In this document: piece by piece, positions 34,189-46,508 of the stretch
Layout: the number at the start of each line of letters is the position of its first letter
Position numbering within the stretch: position 1 is the stretch's first letter
DNA from: Candidatus Eiseniibacteriota bacterium
GTDB taxonomy: Bacteria > Eisenbacteria > RBG-16-71-46
Direction: 5' to 3'
Assembly: GCA_963707915.1 (NCBI GenBank)
Contig: OY970178.1
Span: 1,088,001-1,152,000 of the forward strand
Length of the DNA: 64,000 nt
Notes under the pieces: model-generated
What the model was told of the DNA's origin: nothing
Database searches by the model: none
The model's input: the letters and a program-made list of their open reading frames with translations, nothing else
Position numbers and translations under genes: made by a program

Positions 34189-35904
34189 ATGGATCGTGAA
34201 CTGAAGCACGATGTGGTGATCCTGGGAGCCGGGCTGGCCGGCCTGCGGGCCGCCGTGGAGATCTCACGGCGACTCGGGGGCCAGGTCGACATCGGCATCG
34301 TCTCCAAGGTCCAGCTCATGCGCGCCCACTCGGTCTGCGCCGAGGGCGGCACGGCCTCGGTGCTCCGCACCGACCTGGGCGACTCGGAGGAGCTGCATGC
34401 CTGGGACACGGTGAAGGGCTCCGACTTCCTGGCCGACCAGAACGTGGTGCGGACCTTCGTCGAGACCATCCCGAAGGAGATCCGTCAGCTCGACCACTGG
34501 GGCATCCCCTGGACGCGCGACACCGAGGGCTACATCGCCCAGCGCCCGTTCGGTGGGCACAGCTACCCGCGGGCGACGCTGGCGGCCGACAAGACCGGCT
34601 TCTTCGAGATGCAGACGCTCTACGACCAGCTCCAGCGGTTCCGCAACTTCACGCGCTACGACGAGTTCTTCGTCACCGACATCCTGGTCCACGACGGCCG
34701 CTTCGCGGGCCTGGTCGGCCTGGACACCGGCAGCGGCGAGACCGTGGCGATCCGCGGCAAGGCGCTGCTCGTCGCCTCGGGTGGCGGCGGCTGCCTGTAC
34801 GGCTTCACCACCTACTCGCAGACCGTCACGGGCGACGGCATGGCGATGGCCTACCGGGCCGGCCTGCCCCTCGAGGACATGGAGTTCCTGCAGTTCCACC
34901 CGACCGGCCTGGTGCCCAACGGCATCCTGATGACCGAGGCCTGCCGCGGCGAGGGCGGCTACCTGAAGAACAACAAGGGCGAGCGCTTCATGGCGAGGTA
35001 CGCGCCGAAGCTGATGGAGCTGGCGCCCCGCGACATGGTCTCGCGCGCCGAGACCGAGGAGATCCTCGCCGGGAACGGCTTCCCCGCGTCCGACGGCGGC
35101 CACTACATCGAGCTGGACCTCACGCACCTCGGCGCGGACCGCATCAACACGCGGCTGCCGCTGATCCGCGAGGTGACCATCAAGTTCCTCGGGCTCGACC
35201 CGATCACCAAGCCGATCCCGATCCGCCCGGTGGCCCACTACTCGATGGGCGGCATCGAGACCGACATCAACGGGCTCACGCGCGTCGCCGGCATCTGGGC
35301 GGCGGGCGAGGCGGCCTGCGTGTCGCTGCACGGCGGGAACCGGCTCGGCGCGAACTCGACCGGGGAGTGCCTGGTGTGGGGCGGCATCACCGGCCGCGAG
35401 ATCGCGACGGCGCTGCCCAGGCTGGGCCAAGCGGCGGACCTGCCGGCAGGCAAGGCCCGCGACGCCGAGGACCGCATCCGGCAGGTGCTGGCGCGGCGCG
35501 GCAGCGAGAACATGTACGAGCTGCGCCGCCAGCTGCGCGAGACCATGGACTCCTGCGTCGGCGTGTTCCGCAACGGCGACGACCTGGCGAAGGCGCTGAA
35601 GCGGATCCGGGAGATCCGCGTCCGCGCGCTGCAGGCGCCCGTCGCCGACCAGTCGCGGGTCTACAACTCGAACCTGATCCACGCGCTCGAGCTGGAGAAC
35701 CTCCTGGACCTGGCCGAGGTGACGGTGGCCGGGGCACTGCCGCGGCAGGAATCACGAGGCGCACACGCCCGGCGCGACTTCGCCGTGCGCGACGACGCGA
35801 ACTGGCTCAAGCACACGCTGGCCTTCCACGATGCGGCGGGGCCCCGGCTGGAGTACAAGCCGGTGACCATCGACATGTGGCAGCCGGTCGAGCGCAAGTA
35901 CTAG
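34189..35904 (+). CDS. sdhA: Succinate dehydrogenase/fumarate reductase flavoprotein subunit
   Basis: GAGLAG, MRAHSVCAEGG (covalent-FAD His), QFHPT, EACRGEGG, HYSMGG, HGGNRLG, ESRGAH. Confidence 0.96.
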   Translation: MDRELKHDVVILGAGLAGLRAAVEISRRLGGQVDIGIVSKVQLMRAHSVCAEGGTASVLRTDLGDSEELHAWDTVKGSDFLADQNVVRTFVETIPKEIRQLDHWGIPWTRDTEGYIAQRPFGGHSYPRATLAADKTGFFEMQTLYDQLQRFRNFTRYDEFFVTDILVHDGRFAGLVGLDTGSGETVAIRGKALLVASGGGGCLYGFTTYSQTVTGDGMAMAYRAGLPLEDMEFLQFHPTGLVPNGILMTEACRGEGGYLKNNKGERFMARYAPKLMELAPRDMVSRAETEEILAGNGFPASDGGHYIELDLTHLGADRINTRLPLIREVTIKFLGLDPITKPIPIRPVAHYSMGGIETDINGLTRVAGIWAAGEAACVSLHGGNRLGANSTGECLVWGGITGREIATALPRLGQAADLPAGKARDAEDRIRQVLARRGSENMYELRRQLRETMDSCVGVFRNGDDLAKALKRIREIRVRALQAPVADQSRVYNSNLIHALELENLLDLAEVTVAGALPRQESRGAHARRDFAVRDDANWLKHTLAFHDAAGPRLEYKPVTIDMWQPVERKY

Positions 35905-35919
35905 CCCCCGGAGGAGATC

Positions 35920-36354
35920 ATGGAATCCCACGCACATCCCAATCGGCTGGGCATCCGGGGGTGGGTCGGAGGCGGGCGCTGGGGCTTCGAGCGCGCCCTG
36001 TACACACTCCACCGCATCACCGGGCTCGGACTGCTCACCTACTTCCTGCTCCACATCTTCGTCACCTCGGCCCGGGTCTTCGGCAAGGGCGCCTGGGAGA
36101 CGGCGATGGGCGCCGTCAGCGGGCCGGCCTTTAAGGTCGGCGAGTACCTGGTCTTCGCCGCCTTCGCCTTCCACGCCGTCAACGGCATCCGGCTCGCGAT
36201 GCTCGAGCTCGGCTTCGCCGTCGGCCGGCCGATCGAACCCATCTACCCCTACGCGACCTCGGTCGGCCGGCAGCGGCCGCTCGCGCTCGCGGTGATGCTG
36301 ATCGCGGGCGTGATCGCGGTCTGGGGTGGCTACAACTTCTTCTTCATGGACTAG
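35920..36354 (+). CDS. sdhC: Succinate dehydrogenase cytochrome b subunit
   Basis: LHRITG, FHAVNGIR, three transmembrane segments. Confidence 0.88.
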   Translation: MESHAHPNRLGIRGWVGGGRWGFERALYTLHRITGLGLLTYFLLHIFVTSARVFGKGAWETAMGAVSGPAFKVGEYLVFAAFAFHAVNGIRLAMLELGFAVGRPIEPIYPYATSVGRQRPLALAVMLIAGVIAVWGGYNFFFMD

Positions 36355-36363
36355 GGGGCCACC

Positions 36364-36747
36364 ATGCGAGACCGCACACTCTGGACCTGGCACATCTTCG
36401 CAGGCGCGGTGATCCTGGTCTTCCTCGGCCTGCACATGATCATCATGCACCTCAACGGGACGTTCCCGACCTTCAACAACCCGTTCGGCGGCGAGGCCGA
36501 GTCGTGGCAGAACGTCGCGGCCCGGGCCCGCAGCCTGTTCTTCACCGTGACCTACGTCGTCCTGCTGGGTGCCGCGCTCTACCACGGGCTCTACGGCCTG
36601 CGCAACATCCTGCTCGAGCTGGATCCCGGCGCCGGGCTGCGCCGGGGCATCAACGTCGCGCTCTCGATGCTCGGCCTGGCGTTGTTCGCCTTCGGGGCCT
36701 GGGTCGCCGTCACGGCCCCGGGCGCCATGTCCCGGATGGGAGGCTGA
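36364..36747 (+). CDS. sdhD: Succinate dehydrogenase membrane anchor subunit
   Basis: Three transmembrane segments; LGLHM, YHGLYGLRNI. Confidence 0.82.
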   Translation: MRDRTLWTWHIFAGAVILVFLGLHMIIMHLNGTFPTFNNPFGGEAESWQNVAARARSLFFTVTYVVLLGAALYHGLYGLRNILLELDPGAGLRRGINVALSMLGLALFAFGAWVAVTAPGAMSRMGG

Positions 36748-36748
36748 C

Positions 36749-37588
36749 GTGGCCGACACGACCCTGAAATCCGTGATCTTCCACCTGCGCCGCTTCGAGC
36801 CCGGCAAGGACCGCGAGCCCCACTGGGAGAAGTACCCGATCGACGCGCTGCCGGGGATGACCGTGCTCGACGGCCTGTGGAAGGTGAAGGAGTTGTTCGC
36901 GCCGACCCTGGCGTGGCGGTCTTCGTGCCGCATGGGCATCTGCGGCTCCTGCGGCATGCTCATCAACGGCCGCCCCCGGCTCGCCTGCAACACGCAGATC
37001 TCCGAGCTGAACAGCGACGTCGTGGCGGTCGGGCCGCTGCCCAATTTCGGCATCATCAAGGACCTGGTCCCCGACCTGCACCCGATGTTCGAGGCCCACC
37101 GCGAGCTGATGCCCTTCCTGGTCCGCGAGGACGTCCAGGAGCAGGAGACCCCGACCGGGGAGTACTGGCAGACGCCGCACGAGCTGGAGCGCTACCTGCA
37201 GTTCAGCTACTGCATCAAGTGCGGCTGCTGCATGGCGGCGTGCCCGACGGTGGCCACCGACCCGGAGTACTCCGGACCGATGCCGCTGGGCCAGGCGCAC
37301 CGCTACAACAGCGACACGCGCGACGGCGGGTTCGCGAAGCGCCGCCAGGCGCTCGAGGGTGGCCGCGGGCCGTGGCGCTGCCATTTCGCGGGCGAATGCT
37401 CGCAGGTCTGTCCCAAGGGCGTCGACCCGGCCAAGGCGATCCAGCTGATGAAGCAGGACCTCGTCTTCGACCTGCTGAAGTTGCGCGTGCGCGGGCCGGC
37501 CGCACGGCTGGTGGACAAGCCCTGTGGCAAGCGGCGCGAGGACATCCCGGTGGCGCCGCCGCGGACGGTCAAGGCGCCGACCGGCTGA
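36749..37588 (+). CDS. sdhB: Succinate dehydrogenase iron-sulfur subunit
   Basis: SCRMGICGSC, LACNT, CIKCGCCMAACP, CHFAGECSQVCP. Confidence 0.95.
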   Translation: MADTTLKSVIFHLRRFEPGKDREPHWEKYPIDALPGMTVLDGLWKVKELFAPTLAWRSSCRMGICGSCGMLINGRPRLACNTQISELNSDVVAVGPLPNFGIIKDLVPDLHPMFEAHRELMPFLVREDVQEQETPTGEYWQTPHELERYLQFSYCIKCGCCMAACPTVATDPEYSGPMPLGQAHRYNSDTRDGGFAKRRQALEGGRGPWRCHFAGECSQVCPKGVDPAKAIQLMKQDLVFDLLKLRVRGPAARLVDKPCGKRREDIPVAPPRTVKAPTG

Positions 37589-37642
37589 CCCCGGCGGCGA
37601 ACGGGCGGACGGCAGCCACGGACTCGCCCGTCGACGTGAATC

Positions 37643-37674
37643 GAACGCCCGCACGGGCTCCCGTGCGGGCGTTC
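37643..37674. terminator. Hairpin between convergent sdhB and MCP genes
   Basis: 14 bp stem GAACGCCCGCACGG/CCGTGCGGGCGTTC, 4 nt loop; no clear U tract. Confidence 0.6.
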
Positions 37675-37714
37675 ATGCGGTGGGCGGCCAGGGACGCCGT
37701 GCCCGGGCCTGCCC

Positions 37715-39361
37715 TCAGGCCGCGTCCGCCAGGTCGTCGCCCCCGCCGGCCGCCGCTTCGGAGGAGTCGAGGCGGAACCGAGCCACCAGGCCGCGCAACC
37801 GCTCGCCGCGCTCCGAGAGCGAGCGCGAGGCGCCCTCGAGTTCCTCGGCCTGCGAGGCGTTGGACTCGGTGACCTGGCTGACGTGCTCGATGGCCTGGTG
37901 CAGCCCCTGGATGCTGCTCACGTGCTCGCGGCTCGCCCGGGCGATGGCGTCCACGGTGTCGGTCACGGTCTGCACCGAGCTCACGATCTCCTCGAGCCGC
38001 TGCCCCGAGCGTTCCACCAGGCCGGAGCTCGACTCGATGCGCTGCACCGACTCCTGGATGAGCGTGCGGATCTCGCGCGACGCCGCCGCGCTGCGCTGCG
38101 CCAGCAGGCGCACCTCGCCGGCGACCACCGCGAACCCCCGGCCCTGGTCGCCCGCACGCGCCGCCTCGACCGCGGCGTTGAGCGCGAGCAGGTTGGTCTG
38201 GAACGCCAACTCGTCGATGGTCGCGCTGATGTCCTCGATGCGATTCGACGAGGCGAGCAACTCGCGCATCGAGGCGACGGCCGAGACGACCACCTCGCCG
38301 CCGCGCTGGGCCGAGGCGCGGGCCTCGCCCGCGAGCCGGCAGGTCTCCTCGGCGTGGCGCGCGTTCTCCCGCATCGTCTCCGAGACGACCGTGAGGCTGG
38401 TGACCGTCTGCTCGAGGCTCGATGCCTGGCTCTGGGCCCCGGCGGAGATGAGCCCGGCGCCGTGCATGAACTCGGCCGAAGCCTGCGCGACCTCGTCGGC
38501 GGAGCCCCGGACGTCGGTCAGCGTCTCGCGGATGTCGCGGATGGCCGCCGACAGCACCTCGATCATGCGCCCCGTCTCGTCGCGGCTCTCGGCGACCGGG
38601 TCCTGCGAGAGGTCGCCCCGGCCGAGGGCCTCGAGCACGCGCACGGTGTTCCGCAGGGGCCGGGTGAGGACCATCGCGGAGGCCAGCCCGATCAGGACCA
38701 CTCCGAGCACGCCGGCGATGAGCAGTCCCAGCATGAGCAGCCGGCCGCGCACGTACAGCGCGTCACTCTTCTCCAGCGCCCGCTGGCCCAGCACCTCGCG
38801 CGAGACCGCGACCTCGGTGAGCAGGGCCGCCAGCCCCTGGGACTGGTTGCTCATCTCCTCGACCGCCGCGGCGGCGCCCCGGCGGTCGCCCGACTTCGCC
38901 AGGGCGAACACCTTCCCGCCGGCGGACTCGAAGGCGCCGATCTGGGCCCGGACCTCGTCGATCCTGGCGTGCGAGGCGGAATCCGAAAGCGCGGAGTCCG
39001 CGCGCGCCATCTGTTCGCGCACCACCGGCGCGTAGCAGGCGTAGGCCTGCTCCTGGAACTCCACCATCGCCGGGTCGGACTGCTGGCTCGCGGCCTGCGC
39101 CGCGCCCAGCATGGCGAGCAGGTTGATGTTCGTCTCCTTGACGCAGGAGAGCCCCGTCATGTCCTTCTGGAGGCCCCGCACGGTGAGCCGCAGGCCGTCC
39201 ATGCGCTGCAGGCCGATCCAACCCACGCCAGCCAGCAGCAGGGCGCTGAGGGCCGCGCTGAGGACCATCTTCTGGCGGATGCCGAGGTCCACGTAGGCGC
39301 GCCCCAGCCGACGGCCGATGCGCGCGAGAACGAACGGTCTCCTTGCCTTCGTCATGTCCAT
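37715..39361 (-). CDS. Methyl-accepting chemotaxis protein (two TM, four-helix-bundle-like sensor, HAMP, signalling domain)
   Basis: [47 protein letters not shown]-like RPL...GDLS...DETG. Confidence 0.95.
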   Translation of the reverse strand: MDMTKARRPFVLARIGRRLGRAYVDLGIRQKMVLSAALSALLLAGVGWIGLQRMDGLRLTVRGLQKDMTGLSCVKETNINLLAMLGAAQAASQQSDPAMVEFQEQAYACYAPVVREQMARADSALSDSASHARIDEVRAQIGAFESAGGKVFALAKSGDRRGAAAAVEEMSNQSQGLAALLTEVAVSREVLGQRALEKSDALYVRGRLLMLGLLIAGVLGVVLIGLASAMVLTRPLRNTVRVLEALGRGDLSQDPVAESRDETGRMIEVLSAAIRDIRETLTDVRGSADEVAQASAEFMHGAGLISAGAQSQASSLEQTVTSLTVVSETMRENARHAEETCRLAGEARASAQRGGEVVVSAVASMRELLASSNRIEDISATIDELAFQTNLLALNAAVEAARAGDQGRGFAVVAGEVRLLAQRSAAASREIRTLIQESVQRIESSSGLVERSGQRLEEIVSSVQTVTDTVDAIARASREHVSSIQGLHQAIEHVSQVTESNASQAEELEGASRSLSERGERLRGLVARFRLDSSEAAAGGGDDLADAA

Positions 39362-39587
39362 GGACGACCTCGAGGTGCGCGGTCCGGGAGCCCCGGAGCG
39401 GCTCCGGGGCCTCTGAAGCGATGCAGGGGCACATCTTAGCGTCGGCAGAAGGCGTGGGACCTTGAGGCGCTCCGGCACGTCGGGCCTCAAGTCCCGCGCC
39501 CCTCCACCGACACTCCTCAGGGTCCACTGGCATGGCCTCGCTCCCCTCACGAGGCCAGTCCACCACGGCTCATGGAGGAGGTTGGTC

Positions 39588-40814
39588 ATGCGACGTCTCG
39601 CGTTCGGCCTGATCGCGGCAGTGCTCCTGTCCATCCCCGCGCTCGCGGCGGCACAGCAGCAGTTGAGCGTGTACGGCTACTTCTCGACCCGCGTCGAGAA
39701 GGGCTTCGGGGTGCCGTCCTACGACGGCTCGAAGGTCGTGCAGGAGAACCTCCCGCACGAGTTCAGCTCGCCGTTCTTCAGCTTCATGGCACAGTCCCCC
39801 ATCGGGGACCGCTTCCGGGCCTTCGTGAACTTCAACGGCTCGTCGAGCGGGGCGCTGACCGTCCGCAATTCGTGGGGTGAGTACAACGGCTCGAACGCCT
39901 TCAACTTGCGCGTCGGCCGGATGTACCGCCGCTTCGGGCTCTACAACGAGAACCTCGACGCCACTCCGACCTACTACGGCATCGAGCCGCCGGAGACGTT
40001 CGACACCGACCACCTGATCGTCTCCCGGACCACCCTGGCGATGGTCTACGGGCGCGCCAACGTCGGCACCGGCATCGTCAACTACTCGATCACGACCGAC
40101 AACGGCGAAGGCAAGGACATCTTCAAGAACGCGTATCCCGCGGGGGTCGACCTGAACTGCGTGGTGGCGGGCGGGAAGGCCACGGTCGGCTTCTCGGGCT
40201 ACAGCTCCGGCGGCTGGACGAACTCCGACGTCTCGATCGGCGACGGCTCCCCGAAGAGCGGCGTGCTGCCCTGGATGGATCGCGACCACTTCACCGTCAT
40301 GAATGGCTACGTCGAGGGCAAGATCGACCGCCTGACCCTTCAGTTCGAGGTCGCGGAAGCCAACCACGTCGCCATCCGCAACGCGGACAACGTGCTCACG
40401 CTGCTGGCGGACGCCGGCCTGAACGACGCGCAGCGCGCGCGCTTCATGATCGACCCGGCCGGCGACCCGGCCGACGCGGCGAACGTGAACCTGAACGGCG
40501 ACTACAAGGTCCAGACCTGGTACATGCGGGCCGGCTACTCCATGGAGAGCAAGGTGGGCGAGTTCGGTCCGTACGTGCAGTGGGACTACTACTCGAATCC
40601 CGAGACCATCAACAAGAAGAAGTACGGCGGCGACAACGAGGCGGGTGACGCGGACGACGGCAAGTTCAACAAGTCCACGATCGGCCTGCTCTACCGGCCG
40701 GTCCCCGAGGTCGCCTTCAAGTTCGACGGCAGCCAGCACTACTACAAGTACCATGGCGAGAACGTCAGCTACACCGAGCTGCGCTTCGACGTCTCGTACA
40801 CCTTCGGCCTGTGA
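39588..40814 (+). CDS. Putative outer-membrane beta-barrel (porin-like) protein
   Basis: GGAGGAGG RBS, signal peptide, alternating beta-strand pattern, LRVGR...FGLYNE, C-terminal FDVSYTF. Confidence 0.7.
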   Translation: MRRLAFGLIAAVLLSIPALAAAQQQLSVYGYFSTRVEKGFGVPSYDGSKVVQENLPHEFSSPFFSFMAQSPIGDRFRAFVNFNGSSSGALTVRNSWGEYNGSNAFNLRVGRMYRRFGLYNENLDATPTYYGIEPPETFDTDHLIVSRTTLAMVYGRANVGTGIVNYSITTDNGEGKDIFKNAYPAGVDLNCVVAGGKATVGFSGYSSGGWTNSDVSIGDGSPKSGVLPWMDRDHFTVMNGYVEGKIDRLTLQFEVAEANHVAIRNADNVLTLLADAGLNDAQRARFMIDPAGDPADAANVNLNGDYKVQTWYMRAGYSMESKVGEFGPYVQWDYYSNPETINKKKYGGDNEAGDADDGKFNKSTIGLLYRPVPEVAFKFDGSQHYYKYHGENVSYTELRFDVSYTFGL

Positions 40815-40870
40815 CATCGCCGGCGCGGCCCCTCGCGGCCGCGCCTCCACCTCGAGAGGAGCAGCGGACA

Positions 40871-41305
40871 ATGAAGAACAACGTGCGGTTCGTGTGGGTC
40901 GCGACGGCCGCGCTGGCGTTCCTCGGGCTCTCCGCCCTGGATGCCACCGCCCAGGTCAGCATCATCGTCTCGGCATCGAGCACTGCGAAGGCGTCTCCCG
41001 CACAGGTCGCGGACATGTTCGCGGGCGTGACGACGACCTGGTCCACCGGCAGCAAGGTCCAGATCGTCGACCAGCCCGACACGCCGGTCGGCAAGACCTT
41101 CTACATGAAGCTCGTGAAGCGCCCGGTCACGATCGTGAGAGCCCAGTGGACGAAGCTCTCGCTGTCGGGCCAGGGGCTCGCGCCGAAGCGCGTGGCGGAC
41201 GACGAAGCCATGAAGGACGCGGTCAAGAAGTCGCCCGGCGCGATCGGGTACATCGCCAGCAGCTCGCTGGACGCGAGCGTCAAGGAACTGGCTCGCGTCG
41301 AGTAG
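40871..41305 (+). CDS. Small single-lobe periplasmic binding protein (PstS/PBP2-like)
   Basis: Signal peptide; IIV...VADMFAG..TW..G...WTKLSLSGQG..PK...VKKSPGAIGYI. Confidence 0.78.
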   Translation: MKNNVRFVWVATAALAFLGLSALDATAQVSIIVSASSTAKASPAQVADMFAGVTTTWSTGSKVQIVDQPDTPVGKTFYMKLVKRPVTIVRAQWTKLSLSGQGLAPKRVADDEAMKDAVKKSPGAIGYIASSSLDASVKELARVE

Positions 41306-41327
41306 GCTCGTTCCCCGGATCCACCCG

Positions 41328-41358
41328 CGGGCTCCCGGCCGTGTCGGCCGGGAGCCCG
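41328..41358. terminator. Hairpin between the PBP gene and convergent rtcB
   Basis: 14 bp stem CGGGCTCCCGGCCG/CGGCCGGGAGCCCG. Confidence 0.55.
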
Positions 41359-41470
41359 TCGCGTCTCCCACGCCGGCGCGCCGTCCGTCCGCCGCGCCGT
41401 TCGCCCTTCGCCGCCACCGGCGCCGCGCCGGCCGGCGCGGCCTGCCCGCCCCGGGAGCGGAACGGGCGGC

Positions 41471-42923
<1,453 letters not shown>

Positions 42924-42957
42924 GACGGCGGGAGTCTGCGCCCGCTGGCGGGCGCGT

Positions 42958-45734
42958 TCAACCGGCCGGCGCGGCCTCCCGCAGGAACCTCCCGGTCCAC
43001 GACGCCTCGCACGCCGCGATCGCCTCCGGCGGGCCCTCGGCGACGAGCCGTCCGCCGGCCTCGCCGCCGCCGGGGCCCAGGTCCACGACCCAGTCGCTGT
43101 TGCGGATGACGTCGAGGTTGTGCTCGACCGCGATCACCGTGTCGCCGCGCGCAGTCAGGTCGTCGAGGACCTCGAGCAGGCGCTGCACGTCCGCGTAGTG
43201 GAGCCCCACGGTCGGCTCGTCCAGCAGGTAGAGGGTCGGCCCCCCGCTGCGCTCCGACAGCTCGCGGGCGATCTTGAGCCGCTGCGCCTCGCCGCCCGGA
43301 GAGCTGGGTCGCCGGCTGCCCGAGCCGGAGGTAGCCGAGCCCCACGCGTCGCAGGATGTGCAGCGCCCGGGTGAAGCGCGGCTCGGCGGCGAAGTGCTCG
43401 AAGGCCTGGTCCACGGTCAGGTCGAGGGCGTCGCGCACGTTCACCCCGCGGTAGCGCACCTCGAGCACCTCGCGGCGGAAGCGGTCCCCGCCGCAGGTGT
43501 CGCAGGGCACCAGCAGGTCGGCGAGGAAGTACATCTCGACCGTGACCCAGCCGGCGCCCTCGCAGGCCTCGCAGCGCCCGCCCGGCCGTGTTGAACGAGA
43601 AGGCGCCGTCCCTGAGCCCGCGGGCGAGCGCCGCGGGCTGGCGGGCGTACACCTCCCGCAGCGCCGCGAAGGCGCCGAGGTAGGTGACCGGGCAGGAACG
43701 CGGCGTTCGCCCGATGGGCGACTGGTCCACGAGCGCGACGCGCTTCAGCCGCTCCAGCCCGGTCACCGCCCGGTGCGTCCCCGGCGGCTCGTCGCCGGCG
43801 CCCTCGAGCGCGAGCCGTGCGGCGCGGTGGAGCACGTCCTCGACCAGGCTGCTCTTGCCCGAGCCCGACACGCCGCTCACGGCCGTGAGCCGGCCGAGCG
43901 GGAAGCGCGCGTCCACGCCCTTCAGGTTGTGGTGCGTGGCGCCCAGCACCGCCACGAAGTCCCGCGGCACGCCCGGGCGGCGCACCCGCTCGACGCGCTT
44001 CTCGCCGCGCAGGTAGCGGGCGGTGTCGGTCGCGACCCCCGCGAGCGCCGCGCCGCCCGGCCCGGCGTAGAGCAGGCACCCGCCGAGTTCGCCGGCCCCG
44101 GGCCCGAGGTCCACGACGTGGTCGGCCGCGCGCATGACCAGCGGCTCGTGCTCGACCACCACCACGGTGTTCCCGCGGTCGGCGAGGTCCCGGAGGATGG
44201 CGACGAGCCGTTCGGTGTCGCGCGGGTGGAGCCCCACCGTGGGCTCGTCCAGCACGTAGAGCGTCTCGGTCAGGTTCGCCCCCAGCGCGTTGGCCAACTC
44301 GATGCGCTGGGCCTCGCCGCCGGACAGCGTGCGGGTCGCCCGGTCGAGGGTCAGGTAGCCGAGGTCCACGCGCTCGAGGAAGCGCAGCCGCGATTCCACC
44401 TCGGCGAGCACCGGCCCGGCGACCCCGCGCTCCGCCGGCGTGAACTCGAGCCCGGCGAGCCACCGGGCGGCCGCCGAGATGGTGAGCGCGCTCACCGCGG
44501 CGATGTCCTGGCCGCCCAGCCGCACCGCGCGCGCCTCGCGCCGCAGTCGCGTCCCACCGCAGTCGGCGCACGGCAGCGCCGTCTGGTAGGCCTTGACGAG
44601 GAAGCGGTTGCCCGCCTTGTAGGACTTCTCCTTGCGGCGCTCGAGGAACGGGATGACCCCGCGGAAGCCCTCGCCGCCCTCGAGCAGGAGCCGCCGGTGC
44701 CCGGGCTCGAGCCGGTCCCACGGCTCGTCGAGGGCGATGCCCCGCTCCCGCGCGAACTTCTCGATGCGCGGCCAGGCGAGCCGACGCCAGGAACCGGCCC
44801 ACGGCTTGAGCGCCCCCTCGCGCAGGCTCTTCGAGGGATCCGGCACGATCCGGTCCACGGTGAAGGTGAGCACGTCGCCGAAGCCCCGGCACGCGGGACA
44901 GACGCCCAGCGGGCTGTTGAAGGAGAACAGGGCCGGCTCGGGGCGCAGCGCGGCGGCCCCGCAGTGGGAACACTCCCAGAGCTCGCTGCGCCGCTCCGGC
45001 GGCCCCTCCCCCCGCCACAGCTCGAGCCGGCCCTCGCCCCGGCGGAAGGCCTGCTCGCACGCTTCCGCGAGACGGGCCTCCTCGCCGCGCCGCCAGGTGA
45101 AGCGGTCCACCACGACCCGCACCTCCGCCGTGCCGCGCTTGAGCTTCGGCAGCGGATCGAGCGGGCGGACCTCGCCCGAGAGCACCACGCGCGTGTAGCC
45201 GGCGGCCAGCAGGTGGCCGGCCTGCTCCTCCCAGCCCAGGCTCTTGGCCAATCGCACGGCGGCGAGCACGAGCAGGGCATCGCCCTCGGGCCAGCCGGCC
45301 GACTCCCGCACGATGCCGGCGGGGCTGTCGGCGCGGACCGGCCGGCCACACTCGAGGCAGCTCACCTGGCCCAGCCGGGAGAAGAGCACGCGCAGGTAGT
45401 CGCTCACCTCGGTGGCCGTTCCGACCGTGGAGCGCCCGCTCCGCGCCGGGGCCGACTGGCGGATGGCGACGGCCGGCATGAGCCCGTGGATGGTGTCCAC
45501 GTCCGGCCGCGGGAGGCGGTCCAGGAATTGCCGGGCATACGTGGAGACCGACTCGACGTAGCGCCTCTGGCCCTCGGCGTAGAGCGTGTCGAAGGCGAGC
45601 GAGGACTTCCCCGAGCCGGAGACCCCGGTGATCACGCTCAGCCGGCCGCGGGGCAGGTCGAGGTCGAGGTTCTTGAGGTTGTGCTGGCGGGCGCCGCGAA
45701 TCTCGATGGCGCTCGCGGGGGCGTTCTCGGGCAA
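42958..45734 (-). CDS. uvrA: Excinuclease ABC subunit A, with one-base frameshifts near 43296 and 43582
   Basis: GARQHNLKN, two [46 protein letters not shown]; spread over three frames. Confidence 0.9.
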
Positions 45735-46052
45735 CGGGGCCTCGGATCGGCGAACGGCACGCGGCGGAGTGCGAGCCGGGTGACTATAGCACCCGCCGAC
45801 GGCGGCCGAGCCGGCCGCGGCGGTCGGGCCGGAAGACGCGAGCGGCCCGCCCATCCATGGGCGAGCCGCCGCAGGTCACTGGAGGAAATCGGCCAGCCCT
45901 AGCGCAGAGCCTCCAGCCCCTGGCCCGAACGGTTCACGACCTCGCGTTCCCGGCGAGCGGTTCGTGGACAGCACGGGCTGCACCTCTAACGATCGGGGAT
46001 TGGCCGGCATCGCCGACCAATCCCCTGAGGACGTGCCAGGTCCTGAAACGAA

Positions 46053-46121
46053 CTACTTCTTCTTCTTGGCGACCTTCTTCTTGGCGACCTTCTTCTTGGC
46101 GACCTTCTTCTTCGCTGCCAT
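46053..46121 (-). CDS. 22 aa lysine-rich micropeptide MAAKKKVAKKKVAKKKVAKKKK (not in the ORF track)
   Basis: AAGGAGGTGATC Shine-Dalgarno just upstream of ATG; TAG stop; 15 bp tandem unit encoding VAKKK. Confidence 0.8.
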   Translation of the reverse strand: MAAKKKVAKKKVAKKKVAKKKK

Positions 46122-46262
46122 TTCTGATCACCTCCTTGGATCTGATCTCGTCGGTGGAGTCCCCAACTTCACGCTGGGACACTGTTGGCCGCCGCCTTGG
46201 GCGCGGCCCTGGCGGCCCGGCGGAGTTCCCGAGAACTCCACTTGGCCTTGCATTTCAATGTA

Positions 46263-46278
46263 AGCACGTTCCATTCCA
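46263..46278 (-). promoter_or_regulatory. Putative sigma54 -24/-12 promoter for the micropeptide
   Basis: TGGAATGGAACGTGCT (GG-N10-GC) in an AT-richer intergenic region downstream of an NtrC-family gene. Confidence 0.5.
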
Positions 46279-46508
46279 CACGGCGATGGAAGTCCGGCAA
46301 ATTGAGTCCAAGTCACTGCAGCACAGCTGAATAAGCGACTCGACGTTGGCCACTCGCAGGTCGGCTCGTCCGCGTATTCGCCCGGTCGAACCGCTCTAAC
46401 CGTCAACTTAATGGCAACTTAGCCGGGACGGAGTTTGTAATCAACTGCAGCACAATAGCTTGCAAGTCGATGTCCACTTCCTTGTGGGTGTCAAGATACT
46501 GGACGATT

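Noticed and set aside
39528..39542. TGGCATGGCCTCGCT as a sigma54 promoter for the porin gene
   Set aside because: GG to GC spacing is 9 nt, not the required 10.
45870..45900. GAGGAAA motif as the start of RNase P RNA
   Set aside because: It continues ATCGG instead of AGTCC and no other conserved RNase P regions were seen.
46056..46113. 15 bp tandem repeat as CRISPR or non-coding VNTR
   Set aside because: No spacers and no cas genes; it is the coding sequence of the VAKKK micropeptide.
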